Positions 18,598 to 28,751 of a stretch of 64,000 bases of DNA are shown here, piece after piece. The DNA is from an uncultured Candidatus Saccharibacteria bacterium (GTDB lineage: Bacteria; Patescibacteriota; Minisyncoccia; Phycocordibacterales; PALSA-1337): contig CAZBVQ010000001.1 of assembly GCA_964495685.1 (NCBI GenBank), positions 39,477-103,476 of the forward strand. The letters are read 5' to 3'. The notes beneath the pieces are model-generated. The model was not told where the DNA came from. It saw nothing but the letters and a program-made list of their open reading frames with translations, and searched no databases. Made by a program: the position numbers and the translations under genes. Positions within the stretch are counted from its first letter, which is position 1, and every line of letters begins with the position of its first letter.

Positions 18598-19323
18598 CTA
18601 GAAGCTCTCTCTATAAGGATCTGGTGTTCCTGCGGGACGGGGTTTGGGCTGTTGGGCCGGTGTCGGACGTGTAGGAGATACGGTTTTGCTTGCTTGGCCC
18701 ACAGGATTGCTCAGCAGATAGTCCACCAGAGGTTCGACGTGACTCTCCTCTTGTTTGGGTTGGGCTGGCAACGTACGTGGCACAGGATTCGAACTATTAG
18801 TCGAGCTCGTAGGTAGATTTGCAGGAACCTGATCCGTAGGTGTAGGTGCGCTTGTCGGTGGATTCTCGAGTCCAGCCAGGATAGAGTTGCGGTCAGCTGG
18901 AGTGACCGGCTTGCGTTCTGGCTCGGTGGCGGGCTTGTCGATGGAGAAGCCGCCGACGCGTTCGAGGGAGGAGATGGCAGAGCTTGATTCTTCCTGGGTA
19001 TTTCTTATAGTTTCAGATTTGAGTAAGTTGCGGATAGGATCAAATATTACCTTGTTGATATCCTGACTGAGAGCCAACGTTATTTTCGAGGAAATACCCA
19101 GTCTTTGAGATACGTTTGTAACAAAGTCTGCAGAAGAGTGCAGATTAAGTAGAACAAGACCTATCTCATCCACGAGTTCACCTATTTGATCAATATGGAG
19201 GTTGTATTTCTCACTGAGAACTTCAATAGAATCTTGTATTTCAGGAGAGCTAATAGTAGCTTTCAGTTGTTCTGGAAGTTTGTCGAAAGCATCCTGTATT
19301 TCTTGTGCGTTATAAGGTCTCAT
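18598..19323 (-). CDS. hypothetical protein with Pro/Thr-rich C-terminal tail
   Basis: 241 aa, globular N-terminus, disordered PT-rich C-terminus. Start overlaps the stop of the VirB6-like gene. Confidence 0.45.
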   Translation of the reverse strand: MRPYNAQEIQDAFDKLPEQLKATISSPEIQDSIEVLSEKYNLHIDQIGELVDEIGLVLLNLHSSADFVTNVSQRLGISSKITLALSQDINKVIFDPIRNLLKSETIRNTQEESSSAISSLERVGGFSIDKPATEPERKPVTPADRNSILAGLENPPTSAPTPTDQVPANLPTSSTNSSNPVPRTLPAQPKQEESHVEPLVDYLLSNPVGQASKTVSPTRPTPAQQPKPRPAGTPDPYRESF

Positions 19324-21413
19324 TATTTTTTATCTTCTTTCTTTTCACCTCCACCTCCTCCGCCCACACTGTCTTTAATACCACCTACAAGCTTTTCTCG
19401 GTCTTCTTCCTTCTCCTTTTCTTTGTTTTTCTTCCTTATTTGTTCCTCTGTAGTTCTCCTATTGTCTTCATTTTGCGCACGTCGTTTTCGGAGATCTGCC
19501 ACATGTTTTTCAAGTCGATCTATATCCGCATCTGCCTGAGCTGTTGCTAGAGGGACAGAAGAAATCGTAGTTTTGGTGGCAGTGAGTTGCTTAATTTGAT
19601 CCTCGATCTCTTGAGCATATCCTGGACCTGCGATGGCGGTGTAACGACCAGACTTCTCTCTGAGTTCTCTAATTTGTTCATCTATAGTGTTTACCTGATC
19701 GTCTTTTTGTTTTTGTAGCTGTTCTGCTGTTTTTTGTGATTGCTCTTTGATCAAGCGTATTGAATTGAGCGAGACGTTGATATCGGCATCCAATTGACGT
19801 TCTCGGAACTTGGAAACGTCGACTACGGCCTTGAGGTCTTCTAAATCTTTATCCTTCTGTGCTTTATCTTTATATTTCTTTGCTACCTCGAGATTGGCAC
19901 GATCCTTCATCATTAAGGTAAAGACAGAAGACTTACCGAGGTTTTGAACCATGTTGTTCTGGTAACGCTTCCCACGCTCCTTGTCCGAATCAGTACCTAC
20001 TTGCTTGTGTAGTGCCTCTATATCCTTCTTGCGTTGCTTCAGCGTGCCGTCATAACTGCCATTCTTTTCACCAAAGCCTGACCCGCTAACTTTCGAAAGA
20101 CGTTTCGATATTGCGAGCCCCAAGTTTGGATTATTTGCATAGATTCGACGCATGGTTGCGGAATCGTTAAGTTTATTTGCCCCCGCTCCGAGCGTATTTC
20201 TTCCTGTAAAGCTACCCACCTTCTTCCATAATATATCCGCCCCCATCTTCTTGCCATCTAATAACCCACCCGTAACTGCGCCGAGTTTGATGGCGGCCAA
20301 TAAGGGGATATTGAGCATCACAATAATAAGCGCAGCATTGATGGCAAAGGAGATAAATTCGGTTGGTACGAGAGCATTTGTTTGCGCTCCTTTCCAGAGA
20401 CTTCCATAGGCCCCTGTATTGAATAAGTTGCTATTTGAAATAATACGAAGAGCGACATACATGAAGAGCAGGTATGCAGGCATAAAGATGAGCTGGTTTT
20501 TGAACACCTTCCACCACTCATCAGCATACTCTTTGAGTTGAGGAATAATGGCAGCCGCAAACCATATCGGAGAGAACGCCAGCAATATGAGTAGTAATAC
20601 GAGACGTATTACGAATGCAAGGGATGCAAACAAAAAGCTTAGTCCGGCTGTTATCATGATGACGACACCAGTGGTACCAATAAGAATTATACGGAAAGGG
20701 GTTGAAATTCCAGCTGAAGGGTCACTCATCCCTAGATTTTTTGAGTTGAAAGTTGTTTGAAGCTGGAGTGACTGCATGAATACAGCCGAAAGACCACCAT
20801 CACTAAACAGCGTGTTGACTATTTGTGGCAGGGTTCCTACCGAGGCCGCATCCCTACTATTTATTAGCTTGCCGATATCTGGTTGTCCAGGAGTTATGGC
20901 GTTATATAGCTGTAGAGAGACTATGTTTGAGGCATCGATACACAGCCCAGTTATGAAGAAACTAAAATTGATGAGCACACCAGCGACGACGATGTTCTTT
21001 ATGGTTTGGCCGAGTTTGGCATCTTTGCCCAGAATCATACGTATGGATGCATACATAAGTCCAAATATAATGAACATTCCCGAAATATCGCGGATTGCTT
21101 TCCATACGTCATATATTGCAGGGGTACTGTTGACGAAGTCTCTGATGTGCATCGTCAAGTTGATTGACACGTTCAAGAGTGTTCCGGTGAGTGCTACGAA
21201 CCATGAACTTACTGAGAGCACCACGTTCATGAATGAAGCCAAGATTTTCATCAAGAAATCCCACGCATTCGCAATTCCGAAGAGACTTTGTGCATGGGCG
21301 GAATGTGTTGTCAGTGCCAATACAGCCATCACCAATACGCCTATCGTCAGTAATTTGCCGGCGGTGCCGAATCGGTGGAGGTCTCTTATTTTTTGTATCA
21401 GTCTAGATGACAT
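19323..21413 (-). CDS. VirB6/TrbL-like polytopic membrane protein with charged coiled-coil C-terminal tail
   Basis: Signal sequence, at least 6 TM helices in the first ~400 aa, then a K/E-rich coiled coil ending in a GGGGGG-EKKEDKK tail. Size and topology fit VirB6/TrbL. Confidence 0.5.
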   Translation of the reverse strand: MSSRLIQKIRDLHRFGTAGKLLTIGVLVMAVLALTTHSAHAQSLFGIANAWDFLMKILASFMNVVLSVSSWFVALTGTLLNVSINLTMHIRDFVNSTPAIYDVWKAIRDISGMFIIFGLMYASIRMILGKDAKLGQTIKNIVVAGVLINFSFFITGLCIDASNIVSLQLYNAITPGQPDIGKLINSRDAASVGTLPQIVNTLFSDGGLSAVFMQSLQLQTTFNSKNLGMSDPSAGISTPFRIILIGTTGVVIMITAGLSFLFASLAFVIRLVLLLILLAFSPIWFAAAIIPQLKEYADEWWKVFKNQLIFMPAYLLFMYVALRIISNSNLFNTGAYGSLWKGAQTNALVPTEFISFAINAALIIVMLNIPLLAAIKLGAVTGGLLDGKKMGADILWKKVGSFTGRNTLGAGANKLNDSATMRRIYANNPNLGLAISKRLSKVSGSGFGEKNGSYDGTLKQRKKDIEALHKQVGTDSDKERGKRYQNNMVQNLGKSSVFTLMMKDRANLEVAKKYKDKAQKDKDLEDLKAVVDVSKFRERQLDADINVSLNSIRLIKEQSQKTAEQLQKQKDDQVNTIDEQIRELREKSGRYTAIAGPGYAQEIEDQIKQLTATKTTISSVPLATAQADADIDRLEKHVADLRKRRAQNEDNRRTTEEQIRKKNKEKEKEEDREKLVGGIKDSVGGGGGGEKKEDKK

Positions 21414-21419
21414 GTAGTA

Positions 21420-23192
21420 TTAGTGAATTCCTGAAAGTAACGGGTTCTGGAATCGGTGATACGGTAGTGCTCCGTCGAAGCCGATCTGATATGGCATGGC
21501 ATTACATATACCTTGGAACATATCGGCATCTTTGTTGAGCATTACGACCAAGGTGTCAGCAGTCTTCTTCCCTGCTCGCGCATCCTCTGAGCTCTCGATA
21601 CCAGCTTGTGCGCCACGGAGAGTCGCATCGATGGTCGTATCGACACGATTGAATCCTTGACTGATGTCGTTATCGGTTACGCCGCGTATCTGAGTGATAC
21701 TGGTAGATGCGGTCGCACGATACCCACCGAGTGCAGTGGCGACCGCATCTTTCTTGTACGTTGTAGATGCGATCTGGGGATCGATATTCTGCGCGAGTAC
21801 TTGATCAATGCTATAGACCAATCGTTCTGCATATGTGCGCTGGAATGAAGATATGTTGTGGTTCGCTAATATCTTGGTGGTGAAGCATGCGCGAGCGGTG
21901 GTGTATTTGGTACGAGTCGTGTTGAGTGATGCGAGCGTTTCGTCATAGGTTGTGATGTTGCTTTGTCCGAGGTTGATGATGGAGTTTGAGCTACTTAATG
22001 TTCGATCACGAGTCGATCGTGCGTCGAAGCTGTTCTGGTTGTAAGATTCTTCACTGAGTTGAGTCAGGTATGATTTCGAATTGCCGCCTGTACCAGAGCC
22101 GCGACCACTAAGTGCGGCGAGACCTTGAGTAAACATCTGGTTGACGAGCGCGCCAGTGATGGCGTCGATGCTATCACTGATTGTTTTGACCAATACGAGT
22201 TTATCAGTAGGAACATTGAGCTGGCGCTGGAGCGACCCGGCTATCATGGAGCCGGGAGTTTGTGTCTCACAGCTCTTGTAAGCTACCACCCCATTCTTTT
22301 TAACTTTCTTGATACTGGTAGCTTTGTTCAAATCAGTTTGACCCGTAACTACAGTGTGTTCACCAAACTCGTGAAGCTGCTGTTCTTGGGCGACACTTAG
22401 ACCAAGCTCACCACCATCAAACTGGCCACTTGTATAACCAGTGGTTACGTCAGTACATTTCTGCCATGACAAGAATCCTTGTCCCCTGTTGAGATCAGCA
22501 TTTACCGAGGCTTTCTTTTCGGCAATTTTACTTTGCAGGTCTAAGTCGGCCATAAGATATGCTCCAATAGGATTGTTTTGTGGTTCCGTCGAATAAGCAA
22601 CGAAGCCCCACCATCCTCCTTGTGAAAAATCACCATCTATGAAATTACCTAGAGCGACTCCGTCACGCGACCCACTCAATGTGATGCCACTATTTTGCCC
22701 CGCAGTATTTACAGCGTTACGGGTATTGTTGATGACCTTACCCAAAGTACAAGTATATCGTTTGTTATACGACGACATATCTACTTGATTTATTGCCAAG
22801 TTGAGTCGTATATCGAAACTGAACGGCGAACACAGCTGCGACAGTGCCCCAGTCTTGTCTATGAGCTCACCAGTAATTTGGTCGCCCACATCAAGGAAGA
22901 ACCCTTCGGGATTGGTTAGGAATGCTGGGCTACCCTCGAATCCTGTATTGATCCAATTGACCACACTTGCAGTCATGCGCTGGATCAACTGGTTGGCGAC
23001 CATGACGGCCAGTCTGTTGCCGACGAATTCTTTCCAGTTGTCCATGATGCAGTACACGTCGAAGAGTCCGCACGTAGTCGGAACGGCTAGTGCCTGAGCG
23101 CGCTTGGCCGGCAGGAACGAGAACGAAGATACGATCATCGTAGTGATGAGGAGGATGATCAGTGCGCCGCGTGAAAAAGTGTTCGATGTCAT
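21420..23192 (-). CDS. hypothetical large secreted protein
   Basis: Signal-anchor when started at the internal ATG at 23192 (MTSNTFSRGALIILLITTMIVSSFSF). About 590 aa, no recognisable catalytic motif. Confidence 0.5.
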   Translation of the reverse strand: MTSNTFSRGALIILLITTMIVSSFSFLPAKRAQALAVPTTCGLFDVYCIMDNWKEFVGNRLAVMVANQLIQRMTASVVNWINTGFEGSPAFLTNPEGFFLDVGDQITGELIDKTGALSQLCSPFSFDIRLNLAINQVDMSSYNKRYTCTLGKVINNTRNAVNTAGQNSGITLSGSRDGVALGNFIDGDFSQGGWWGFVAYSTEPQNNPIGAYLMADLDLQSKIAEKKASVNADLNRGQGFLSWQKCTDVTTGYTSGQFDGGELGLSVAQEQQLHEFGEHTVVTGQTDLNKATSIKKVKKNGVVAYKSCETQTPGSMIAGSLQRQLNVPTDKLVLVKTISDSIDAITGALVNQMFTQGLAALSGRGSGTGGNSKSYLTQLSEESYNQNSFDARSTRDRTLSSSNSIINLGQSNITTYDETLASLNTTRTKYTTARACFTTKILANHNISSFQRTYAERLVYSIDQVLAQNIDPQIASTTYKKDAVATALGGYRATASTSITQIRGVTDNDISQGFNRVDTTIDATLRGAQAGIESSEDARAGKKTADTLVVMLNKDADMFQGICNAMPYQIGFDGALPYHRFQNPLLSGIH

Positions 23193-23193
23193 A

Positions 23194-24072
23194 TTATTTG
23201 ACCATGCTAAAAATAATGGCAGGCTCGGTGGAACTGAACTCGAGCCCTTCTTGTGAAAATGCAAATTTCAGATCCAGCAACGCGTCTCTCATCTGGCCGA
23301 GGGATTTTTCGTAAACAGCCAATGCTGCAATGCTCTGGAGGGGGTCGCTAAAAACTTTGGTCATGCCACGTGACGCGAATGACATGGCGCTCATGCTGTT
23401 GACGAGATTGGTATGGAAGCCGGCAAGGGATTTGGGTACCTCTGTCGCAAGAGTGCTACTCAACATGCGGTCGTATGCAGCCGCGATCATCTCAACCTCT
23501 TTTATCTTGGACTGGTCCTCTTCGTCGAGCGCTTGCAATGCTACGGTAGCAGCATCGTGGGCGGGCATATTGGCAGAAAAAATAGTACCCACTGCGTTGG
23601 CGTATACCCTATCGCTCGATGCGCCACTGTTTTGGGAGATACGAATCTCGCGGACATCATATACTCGTGCTTGAGGGGCGGCATCGACAATGTTGGTTGT
23701 CGTCTGATCGACGAGAGCCTTGATTGCTTGAGGGTCTTCGTTCAAATTATTTTGTTTGAGGTACATATATTGTTCGAAGAATTTCTTGCCGAACTGGCCA
23801 GTCAGTGTCTCTGGTTCGGAGATGATGGTTTTTGCGGAAGAAGCACTGACTGCAATGGAGCTCGAACCAGTAGTGAGGAATTGTTTGCGCCAGTCACCTG
23901 ATTCAGGGACAACGGATCCACCAGAGATGACGGGAGATACGGTGCTGGTCTTTTTGGGGGTCATTCTCGAGAACAAAGAATTGCCGTACGCGGCATATCC
24001 AGCGACAGCAACTCCGACTATGCATACAATGAGGACGATGAGCGTCTGTTTGTGCCCACGGGATAGCGACAT
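23194..24072 (-). CDS. hypothetical membrane-anchored protein (first gene of operon)
   Basis: N-terminal TM helix. Stop abuts the next gene. Confidence 0.5.
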   Translation of the reverse strand: MSLSRGHKQTLIVLIVCIVGVAVAGYAAYGNSLFSRMTPKKTSTVSPVISGGSVVPESGDWRKQFLTTGSSSIAVSASSAKTIISEPETLTGQFGKKFFEQYMYLKQNNLNEDPQAIKALVDQTTTNIVDAAPQARVYDVREIRISQNSGASSDRVYANAVGTIFSANMPAHDAATVALQALDEEDQSKIKEVEMIAAAYDRMLSSTLATEVPKSLAGFHTNLVNSMSAMSFASRGMTKVFSDPLQSIAALAVYEKSLGQMRDALLDLKFAFSQEGLEFSSTEPAIIFSMVK

Positions 24073-24167
24073 ACGACATAATTATATAGTAATAACGCCG
24101 TAATTGCTGGATTTTCTGTGGACAATACGATATCGACTTGGTGCAAATCGTGATACCATAGAAGCAC

Positions 24168-24515
24168 ATGACAGAACTTCATCATATGCGTAAATATATA
24201 TTTATACTTTTTCTGTTGACATTCATATCGGCGCCCGTGGTTACTGCTCGTGCGGCGGTGCCTATCCCATTCGGAGGATTGGTGACTACGATGCAGCCAT
24301 GCGACGAAGGTTTGTTGGTCTATGTGCTCACGCCAGTAACAGGAGTCATCCCCTTCATGTGGCTCTGGGGAGAACTGCCCTTCCTCATGTACATCCCCCC
24401 GCATACAGGTCAAGAGTTGCTCGGGTATGCTGCTACGGTCCCAGTGGTCTGTACAATTGGGGGCTTCCCTTATGGAGCGGGCTTACCGATCATCATGCAC
24501 GGATCAAGTCTCTAG
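24168..24515 (+). CDS. small secreted hydrophobic protein, possible VirB2-like pilin
   Basis: Signal peptide (cleavage after ARA), then two hydrophobic segments; about 90 aa mature. Divergent from the T4SS-like operon. Confidence 0.3.
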   Translation: MTELHHMRKYIFILFLLTFISAPVVTARAAVPIPFGGLVTTMQPCDEGLLVYVLTPVTGVIPFMWLWGELPFLMYIPPHTGQELLGYAATVPVVCTIGGFPYGAGLPIIMHGSSL

Positions 24516-25309
24516 CATTCTGCGCCTATACTGAGCCATTTTTCTACAGGAATGTCCTCGGCCCGAATCTTGGAGTCGAGGGCATTTTGTGTCCAAATAT
24601 GGCTAATTTGCTGGGCGGGAAGCACTGACTCCAAGTTTCTAGCTGCAAATTTGCGTTTGTGTGCGAAGCCGGCCTTCAAAATAGTGAAAAACCTTGCAAT
24701 ATCGGCGTTTTTTGATGCGAAATGTTGACTTGATATGTTTTCTATTGCCAAAATCGCAGAATCAACAGAAGGTGGCGGGGTGAAAGCACCCGGAGGCACC
24801 GTCGATACCATTTTCGGGGTCCCGAACACCTTCACTGATACTGAAAGGACGCTTTCTTTGCCATCACGGGCCACAATACGATCAGCGACCTCTTTTTGGA
24901 CGAGGAGTACCATACGTTGTGGTCGAGGTCCGTGCTCGAGAAATTGTTCGAGAATGGCACCAGTAATGTAATACGGGATATTGGCGACGAGAAGGTAAGG
25001 ATCAAGCACCAAGAGGTTGGATGTTATGACATTCTGGTCCAATACATCTCCGGCGACAAGTTTTAGTTGTCCATTTTTGATTTCGTTGAAGAACGTCTGG
25101 TTCAACATATCGATTGCGCGAGCATCTTTTTCGATAGCGGTCACCCGTGCTCCTGTATCCAACAGTGTGCGTGTCAGAAATCCAGTGCCAGGACCAATTT
25201 CAAGCACCCGGTCCCCTTCTTGTATGTGGGCGGCCTCAATAATTTTCGCCAAGACGGTTGGTGAATTCAAGAAATGCTGGCCAAGAGATTTTTTTGCGAA
25301 TAATTTCAT
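24512..25309 (-). CDS. rsmA: 16S rRNA (adenine1518/1519-N6)-dimethyltransferase
   Basis: The LGQHFL motif and the SAM-binding motif LEIGPGTGFLT. Confidence 0.9.
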   Translation of the reverse strand: MKLFAKKSLGQHFLNSPTVLAKIIEAAHIQEGDRVLEIGPGTGFLTRTLLDTGARVTAIEKDARAIDMLNQTFFNEIKNGQLKLVAGDVLDQNVITSNLLVLDPYLLVANIPYYITGAILEQFLEHGPRPQRMVLLVQKEVADRIVARDGKESVLSVSVKVFGTPKMVSTVPPGAFTPPPSVDSAILAIENISSQHFASKNADIARFFTILKAGFAHKRKFAARNLESVLPAQQISHIWTQNALDSKIRAEDIPVEKWLSIGAEC

Positions 25310-25329
25310 GGGATAGGTATACCACGGAT

Positions 25330-27420
25330 TCAGAAATCTATGAACAGAGCTTTTGCACCCGACGGTTTTTCCGGTGGCGCTTGATCGTGTATGAGATCGG
25401 GACTGATGTCGCTCAGGAATTCCGAAGGTACATTGACTCGTTGCGCTCCGTAGACAGTGCGTATGATGGTGTGACTCAGGTGTACGTGTGTGCGTGCGCG
25501 GGTGAGTGCCACATAAAACAGGCGTCGCTCTTCTTCAGCTTCAGCAGGATCGATCCCGGCATCATCAATGTGTTTGAACGGAAACAAGTCTTGCTCCATT
25601 CCAGCGATGAACACGTGATCGAACTCGAGGCCTTTCGAGGCGTGCACGGTCATGAGCTTCACCGCGTCTTCATTTTTTTCCAAGTCATCCTGATCGCTGG
25701 CGAGCGCAGCGTTCTCGAGGAATTTTTCGATACCAGCGGTGGAGGAATCCGTCCCTTCACCCACGGTCGACTTGGCTCGTATCACGGAATCACGAGCCAA
25801 GTCGCCTTTTCTCGGCGTTGCCTCTGTTGGAAATCTGGAGTTGATGCCCCGCAACGCCTCCGAAGAGGGTTCAGAGACGGATTCCTCCACCGCTGGCACA
25901 TATTCATCATATTGTGCCGCTACAGATACGAGTTCACGCACGTTCATAAGACGCTCCTCATCTTCTGCGTCACCACTCATGAGCATGCGTTCGATACCTG
26001 TCTCTTGAATAACGAATTTGACCGCTTCAGAAGGTTTTTTTTCTGTCACTTCGGCACGAATATCGTCGAGTAATTTCCAGAAGCTATTCACTTTGGCCTG
26101 CATGGCCGCAGGCAGCAAATCTGGCCTTGCTGACATGATTTTTGCCACGGTGGCCTTGCCGATCCCACGTGCTGGAACGTTGATGATGCGCCCAATGTCA
26201 CCCCAGGAATCTTTGTTGAGAGCAGCACGAATGTAGGAGAGGATATCCTTGATTTCTTTGCGCTCGAAGAAGCGTACGCCGACAAGTTGGTACGGAATAT
26301 TTTTCTTGATGAATGCTTCTTCGATGGCTCGTGATTGGAAATTGGCACGATAGAGTACTGCGATGTTGCGAGCCGAAGTCCCCTGTTCGATCAGTGATCG
26401 TGCGGTATCGGCAATAGCGCGTGCTTCATCGAGCTCCGTATATGCCATGTTCATGTGGATTTTTTCACCATCGTGGTTGTCGGTATACAATGTCTTGTCT
26501 TTGCGCAACGTGTTCTTCTTGATGACATCATTCGCTGCAGCGAGAATAGTTTTTGTTGAACGGTAGTTTTGTTCGAGCGCGACGACAGTTGCGTCGGGAT
26601 AGTCTTTTTCGAAGTTCAAGATATTTTCGATAGTAGCACCGCGCCAGCTATAGATATTCTGGTCGGCATCACCAACAACACACAGGTTGCGATGCTTTTC
26701 GACAAGAAGTTTGGTCATTTCGTACTGGATACGATTGGTGTCCTGATACTCATCGACGTGCACGTGGCTCCATATGGTTTGGTATCGGCCGCGTACGGAT
26801 GCGTTCTGTTTGAGGAGTTGAACGGCTCTGAACAAGAGATCATCGAAGTCCAATCCTTTCTCTTGTGACAGGATTGTTTCGTATTTTTCCCACACAGCGG
26901 CGACCGTTTCTTGCATGTACTCTTGTGCTGCATCGAAATATTCCAGCCTACCGAATCCGTCACCTTTGGCGCGAGATATCATATTAAGGATAGTGCCAGG
27001 ATCGAATCGTTTGGGGTCGACCGAACATGACTCCATGGCCTGTTTGATCGCTCTCCTAGAATCAGATCGGTCAAATATAGTGAAATGTCGACTGAGTCCG
27101 AGTAACGAGGCATTTTCTCGGATAATATGGACACCAAGTGCATGAAAGGTGCTGACGAACGGTCGTTCATGCATCGAAATGGGTCGATTGATCGCTGCAT
27201 CCCCCGACAGAAGTGTCTCGACTCGTTCACGCATCTCTTTTGCCGCCTTGTTGGTGAATGTTATAGCTAGAATACGGTGAGGAGCTACACCTTTGTGGAT
27301 AAGGTTGAGGATGCGGTGTGTTATGACGCGGGTTTTGCCTGCGCCAGCGCCAGCGATGATGAGCAAAGGTCCTTCGGTGGTGTCGACAGCACGTTGTTGG
27401 GCGGGATTGAGTCCGGACAT
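25330..27420 (-). CDS. pcrA: ATP-dependent DNA helicase PcrA/UvrD
   Basis: LNPAQQRAV...IIAGAGAGKTRVITHRI Walker A and UvrD motifs throughout. 696 aa. Confidence 0.9.
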   Translation of the reverse strand: MSGLNPAQQRAVDTTEGPLLIIAGAGAGKTRVITHRILNLIHKGVAPHRILAITFTNKAAKEMRERVETLLSGDAAINRPISMHERPFVSTFHALGVHIIRENASLLGLSRHFTIFDRSDSRRAIKQAMESCSVDPKRFDPGTILNMISRAKGDGFGRLEYFDAAQEYMQETVAAVWEKYETILSQEKGLDFDDLLFRAVQLLKQNASVRGRYQTIWSHVHVDEYQDTNRIQYEMTKLLVEKHRNLCVVGDADQNIYSWRGATIENILNFEKDYPDATVVALEQNYRSTKTILAAANDVIKKNTLRKDKTLYTDNHDGEKIHMNMAYTELDEARAIADTARSLIEQGTSARNIAVLYRANFQSRAIEEAFIKKNIPYQLVGVRFFERKEIKDILSYIRAALNKDSWGDIGRIINVPARGIGKATVAKIMSARPDLLPAAMQAKVNSFWKLLDDIRAEVTEKKPSEAVKFVIQETGIERMLMSGDAEDEERLMNVRELVSVAAQYDEYVPAVEESVSEPSSEALRGINSRFPTEATPRKGDLARDSVIRAKSTVGEGTDSSTAGIEKFLENAALASDQDDLEKNEDAVKLMTVHASKGLEFDHVFIAGMEQDLFPFKHIDDAGIDPAEAEEERRLFYVALTRARTHVHLSHTIIRTVYGAQRVNVPSEFLSDISPDLIHDQAPPEKPSGAKALFIDF

Positions 27421-27665
27421 GAGAGGTAGTGTACCAGATTCCGGGCTTTGAAGATAATATTTTGCAACAAAAGTTGACAGACAGTCTATGTTTGTAGTTA
27501 TTCACATTATCGATTGACAATAGATTTTGAGCTGATACCCTTGGTAGGTACTCTGATTTAGGGGTACCTAGATGTGGCTTTGTTAAGCCATTTATTTATT
27601 GATAGACTCGACACAGAGCGATGGCGGGGATACTACGGATGAATTGCCAGATAGTAAAAAATGTT

Positions 27666-28751
27666 ATGCAGTTTTTCACGTCACACAGTCATACACCAAT
27701 GTCTTCGACCAAGCGCCTCATGACTTGGGCGGTTGCTTTCATTGTATTCATCGGACTCATATTTGCATACTCTGGGACCGCTCACGCCGGTCTTATTTCG
27801 TATATATTCGGCAGTAATGTCTCGGCTCAGACAAGTGCTGAGACGAATCGTGAAGCGCGTCGTGCCAATTCCCAGAATCTCGCATTACTCCAGGCGGCAA
27901 GCAATTTCGATCCCAATCCTGAGAAGGCCTCAGGGGTTTCCCCTATTGTCGGCAATGTTCTAGTTGCGGATATGGTTCTTTCTGAAGGTGCTGCGGATAC
28001 GACTAGTACGCAGATCAGTACATACGTTGTACGTGAGGGTGATACCATATCAGGCATTGCCAAAATGTTCAAAGTCTCGGTCAATACTATCCTGTGGGCG
28101 AATGATATCGGCAGGGCTTCGGCTTTGCGTCCAGGACAGACGCTGGTCATTTTGCCAGTGACGGGTATTAGTTACACAGTCAAGAAAGGCGATACGATCA
28201 AGAGTATTGCTCTCAAGTACAAAGCGGATGTTGATGAGATATTCCAATACAATGACTTGGATGCTAATGCGACTCTTGTGACAGGTCAGACAGTCATTAT
28301 TCCAGACGCTGAATTACGTGTGTCTGTACCTACCAAAGTGGTATTCAAAAATAATCCTGCACATGACACCAATGGCCCAGATTACAGTGGCTATTATGCT
28401 CAACCAGTCAGTACATACTTCTGCAGCCAGAATCTTCATGGCTACAATGGTGTCGATATGGCAGGTCCCCGCGGTACTCCTATCTATGCTGCGGCCGCAG
28501 GAACCGTGCTCGTGAGCGCAAGCAGTGGCTGGAATGGCGGATACGGAAACCTGATTATCATTTCTCATGACAATGGCACACAGACCGTATACGGCCATCT
28601 CTCCAAGAATACGGTGTCTGTCGGTCAACGTGTCGGACAAGGTCAGTCTATTGGTCTCATGGGCGCTACTGGCAAGGCTACAGGGTCGCATCTTCATTTC
28701 GAAATTCGTGGTGCACGCAATCCGTTCGTCACAGGATGCCCACGTTCATAG
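27666..28751 (+). CDS. LysM-domain M23 family metallopeptidase
   Basis: Two LysM-like repeats (DTISGIAK..., DTIKSIALKY...) and an M23 catalytic core (GVDMAG, SHDNGTQTVYGHL, GATGKATGSHLHFEIR). Start codon uncertain (27621-27699). Confidence 0.85.
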   Translation: MQFFTSHSHTPMSSTKRLMTWAVAFIVFIGLIFAYSGTAHAGLISYIFGSNVSAQTSAETNREARRANSQNLALLQAASNFDPNPEKASGVSPIVGNVLVADMVLSEGAADTTSTQISTYVVREGDTISGIAKMFKVSVNTILWANDIGRASALRPGQTLVILPVTGISYTVKKGDTIKSIALKYKADVDEIFQYNDLDANATLVTGQTVIIPDAELRVSVPTKVVFKNNPAHDTNGPDYSGYYAQPVSTYFCSQNLHGYNGVDMAGPRGTPIYAAAAGTVLVSASSGWNGGYGNLIIISHDNGTQTVYGHLSKNTVSVGQRVGQGQSIGLMGATGKATGSHLHFEIRGARNPFVTGCPRS

